From the human T2T-CHM13v2.0 reference genome, Homo sapiens, in the NCBI RefSeq assembly GCF_009914755.1, contig NC_060925.1: 64,000 nucleotides of DNA; one strand, written 5' to 3'. The translations under genes and the position numbers were made by a program. How positions within the stretch are numbered: position 1 is the first letter of the stretch; each line of letters begins with the position of its first letter. Positions 49,881 to 64,000 of the stretch are shown one piece after another. The notes beneath the pieces are model-generated. The model was not told the DNA's origin. It saw only the letters and a list, made by a program, of their open reading frames with translations, and did no database searches.

Positions 49881-50378
49881 ATACTGAGATTTTTCTGAGA
49901 AAATAAATTTTGAGAATTGTGGTTGTGAGAAAATATAGTTGCCATGTAGTATAGAGGTAGACGTTACTAATCCCTAAATTTAAAAAAAAGACCTGTGTAA
50001 GGCATCCTTATGTGCTAGTTTTAAATTTTCTAGTTTATCTTGCTTTATCCTTAAAAAAAATTCACTTGCCATTTTTCTACCATCCACATTACTATACATT
50101 TATATTTACTTTCAAGCACCTCAAGTACTTCAAGCCTCGCATTTGAGCCTCACAGTACTGTCAGAAAGATGCTATAAGGAAACACGTTAAAATTTTGCAA
50201 AAAGTTTACAGTGGAGATCTACTCCTTAAAGATTCCTCCAAGACTACATGAGCTACTTACCAGAGCTGCTCCTAGAATCCAGGTTTCTAGAATCTTAATC
50301 TGGGCCTTTTCTTTTGAATAGTATAGGTGGGGTCTTACTCACACAGCCTAAACCTAAATTGGTTCTGGTTCCTAGTGA

Positions 50379-50808
<430 letters not shown>

Positions 50809-50993
50809 GTGAATGGTTATTTCTGAAGTGACTTTAGAGAAAGAATATGAATGTGTATATGGGAGGGACACTTGTTTCATAGATGTGATCCTTTCTGTGA
50901 GGCAGTTGGCAGTTTTCACCAGATTTAGGCTCACAGCCTGCTTCCACCTTGTGATTCAATCAGAATTTGGTTTTAGAAAATTTTCTTGAGAAC

Positions 50994-50999
50994 TTTATT
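50994..50999 (-). terminator. TDRKH: Probable TDRKH polyadenylation signal AATAAA
   Basis: tttatt on the + strand about 940 nt after the stop codon. Confidence 0.6.
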
Positions 51000-51938
51000 C
51001 AGCAAAAAAATCCTCCAAATGATTCAAACAGGACTGTATACTCTTCCTCTCTCTCCACGGGTGTATATGTGTGTATACATATAGATATTATACTAGCAAT
51101 TTAGAAAATTTCCTGAGCCTCCTGTCTCCTTTCTACTTATATTTTAACTAAAGGTTACAGAGAAATAGCTGGAGCAGTTTCAAAAGCCTGTCTCCAATAA
51201 CATATCAGCAATTGAGGCTGGGAGGCAGTATTCTCTTCCCACTTCCTGAGGCTTTTAAATATAATTATGCTAATTTTTGCCTTTGCCTCCTGATTCAACT
51301 GGAGTCTTTGAGTTCACCACTCAAAAGCTTTCCTTAACCAGAGTCACCTGATAAGGTGAGTCAGAAGTCTGCAGAATCACTTCCAATGACGAAAGCCTGA
51401 CTGTTTCCCAGCCTCAAAAAGGATACAGCCTAGTAGTAATGTGAATCATGACTGGTAGAGGGGACTGAGCCTGACGTTGAACGGCCTGGAAGTAACACAG
51501 CAGTATTCAAACACTGGAGGGTTGGGGAGGGATCCGGAGGTGGAATGGGGGAGACACACTTGTAGCGTGGTAGTCCAATTTTTTTGTAGTCTGATGGGAG
51601 GAGAATATTAATTTGGTCCACAGCAAGCCAGACTATATGTGTAATAAAGGAAGGACTGCATGGATCCTTTATCATACACTCCTCTCCTCCATGCACCAAT
51701 TCCTATGCCAAATCCTGCCAAAGACAGAAATACACAAAAAGCTTGAAAGTGCTCAATCTGAGAGCAAGTTAAGCTGCAGGAAAGCAGCTGCAGAGAAGTA
51801 TATTAAGACAGGGCATGGGAAAGAGGGAATCAAAGCAAGTGCCCCACTGTCGCCCTCATTACTTTCCTGTTGCTACAGATAGATGATAGCTGCACTCACA
51901 CAGCAAAGCAGATGGCTGAGCAAACTGAAGCCCAGACT

Positions 51939-60508
<8,570 letters not shown>

Positions 60509-61049
60509 TTTCTGCTGTACTCTTTGACTTATATCCTGAAACAAGCAAAGCAGGGAAAAGAGGGAGGTTTCATCCAATCCTTTTATGAATAGCAGAGAGG
60601 CATGGGAGCACATTATTACTGAAAAGACTACTACTGCCTACCTTCCAATTTCAAGAGCTTCAGCAATTTCAAAATTTATTTCATATAAAAAGGGCTCAGG
60701 GTATTTTTTAAAAGTTAGCTAAGGTACACATAGAATTAAATAGAAGCATACTTCACTTTCCCCACCCAAGTCAGTTTTAAAAGACAAAAAAAATTAAATG
60801 AATCAAATATTTGAAATATATATACTTAGATTTCATATTAAATTATTTAAAATTACTTATCTAAGTCCTTTTATGCCTCCAGGGCTTTCCAGAAGCTGCT
60901 GCCTCTGCAAGAAATGCCATTCCAGGCTTAGTAAAGGCCTTACTATTTATCTTTGTTGGAAGTACAGTCTTCATTTACTGTCTCTACTTTTGGTTTCTAT
61001 TTATTTACTCCTTAACGAACAGTGAAATGGGGTTCTTCCCTGCTCCATC

Positions 61050-62950
<1,901 letters not shown>

Positions 62951-63732
62951 TGGAGTAAGTACTATGTGCTAGATGCTACTGTGGCACTAAAGACACAAAA
63001 ATGAAGAGATAATGTGTTGAGTAGCTACTATGCCAGGCAAATTACATAATTTTATTTTACAGTCATATAACCCTGTAAGGCAGGAAATATTAATCCCATA
63101 GAAGAGTACCCATGCTTGAAGAGGTTATCTAATCTCTAACCCAGAGTCTGGGTTATTCTTGCTTGTAAAAAACCTTGTAAAGTGATTTTAGAAATCCTTC
63201 CCCACTCTTCCTTTTACCTAAGCTCTTAGGGTAACAGCACCTGTATTTTTATTCTTTATTTTGATCAACATATTCAATTCAAAATTAATACTGGTAGAAA
63301 GTACTGTAGGTGGTTAAAAAAGCACTGAAGACTAAAAAACTAAAGATAGGTGATAAAAAACTGAAAACTAAATATCTGTATTTCCAGATATTACAATCTA
63401 GTAGAACAAAGCAAGCTGGCTTTAAATAAGATTTGCTTAAAAATGAGTAAATGTAACTTATGCCATAATTTACCTCCAGGTACAAAAATTCAACCCAAAT
63501 AATTATAATAAACAAAAATGTATTTCACCCTGGGGGGAAAAACTGGCTATATCCTGGTAAGGCTAAAAACATACTCATTAATACAAAACCTACTGTGGAA
63601 TAAAACTTAGGCTTTCAGGGAAAGCACAGTCAATCTGGAAGAGTAAAGAGAGAAAGGAGAACATCTAGCACCGAAATCTCACTGAGGAGCAGATATAGTC
63701 AGGTAAGGGAGGCTGGAGGTAGATTTCTTACA

Positions 63733-64000
63733 ACAGTCATCCTCTCTTATCCTCGAGGAATATGTTCCAAGAACCCCAGTGGATGCCTTGGAGTACTGAA
63801 AACTATAGGTTTTTTCAATCTGATAACCAAGATGGCTACTAAGTGACTAAGAGGCGGGTAGCATATACAGCATGGATATGCTGGACAAAGGCAGGATTCT
63901 CGTCTGGGCCAGGATGGAGATTTCACCATGCTAGTCAGAATGGTGCACAATTTAAAACTTAAGAATTGTTTACGTATGGAACTTCCCATTTAATCTTTTT
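63733..64000 (-). mobile_element. MER44-like Tigger DNA transposon, truncated by the window end
   Basis: cagtcatcc..cttatcc..gttccaagaaccccagtggatgcc; ggctactaagtgactaa; tttaaaactta. Confidence 0.7.

Overview
Human (hominid) genomic DNA, recognisable from the encoded proteins as the RIIAD1-MRPL9-OAZ3-TDRKH cluster (1q21.3 by recall). The window holds the last coding exons of RIIAD1 (+) and the complete coding sequences of MRPL9 (-), OAZ3 (+) and TDRKH (-). Between RIIAD1 and MRPL9 lies about 30 kb of almost pure repeat: a full MST MaLR provirus, an old LTR16/ERVL provirus split by nested L1/Alu/LTR insertions, a U6 retrocopy and an RPS11 retrocopy. The ORF track misses the main signal, which is OAZ3 recoding: a CUG start, a short ORF1 ending TCC-TGA, and an ORF2 reachable only by +1 frameshifting. 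That mechanism is established, not new. Less familiar observations are an antisense dual-coding OAZ3 exon inside MRPL9, an SVA inserted at an OAZ3 branch-point site, a CLNS1A (pICln) retrocopy with a triplicated target site in TDRKH intron 6, a GC-AG intron in TDRKH, a candidate internal TATA promoter in RIIAD1, and a duplicated donor-containing 52-mer downstream of TDRKH. I found nothing I can claim as a wholly new biological system. Repeat subfamily names come from recalled consensus sequences and repeat boundaries are approximate.
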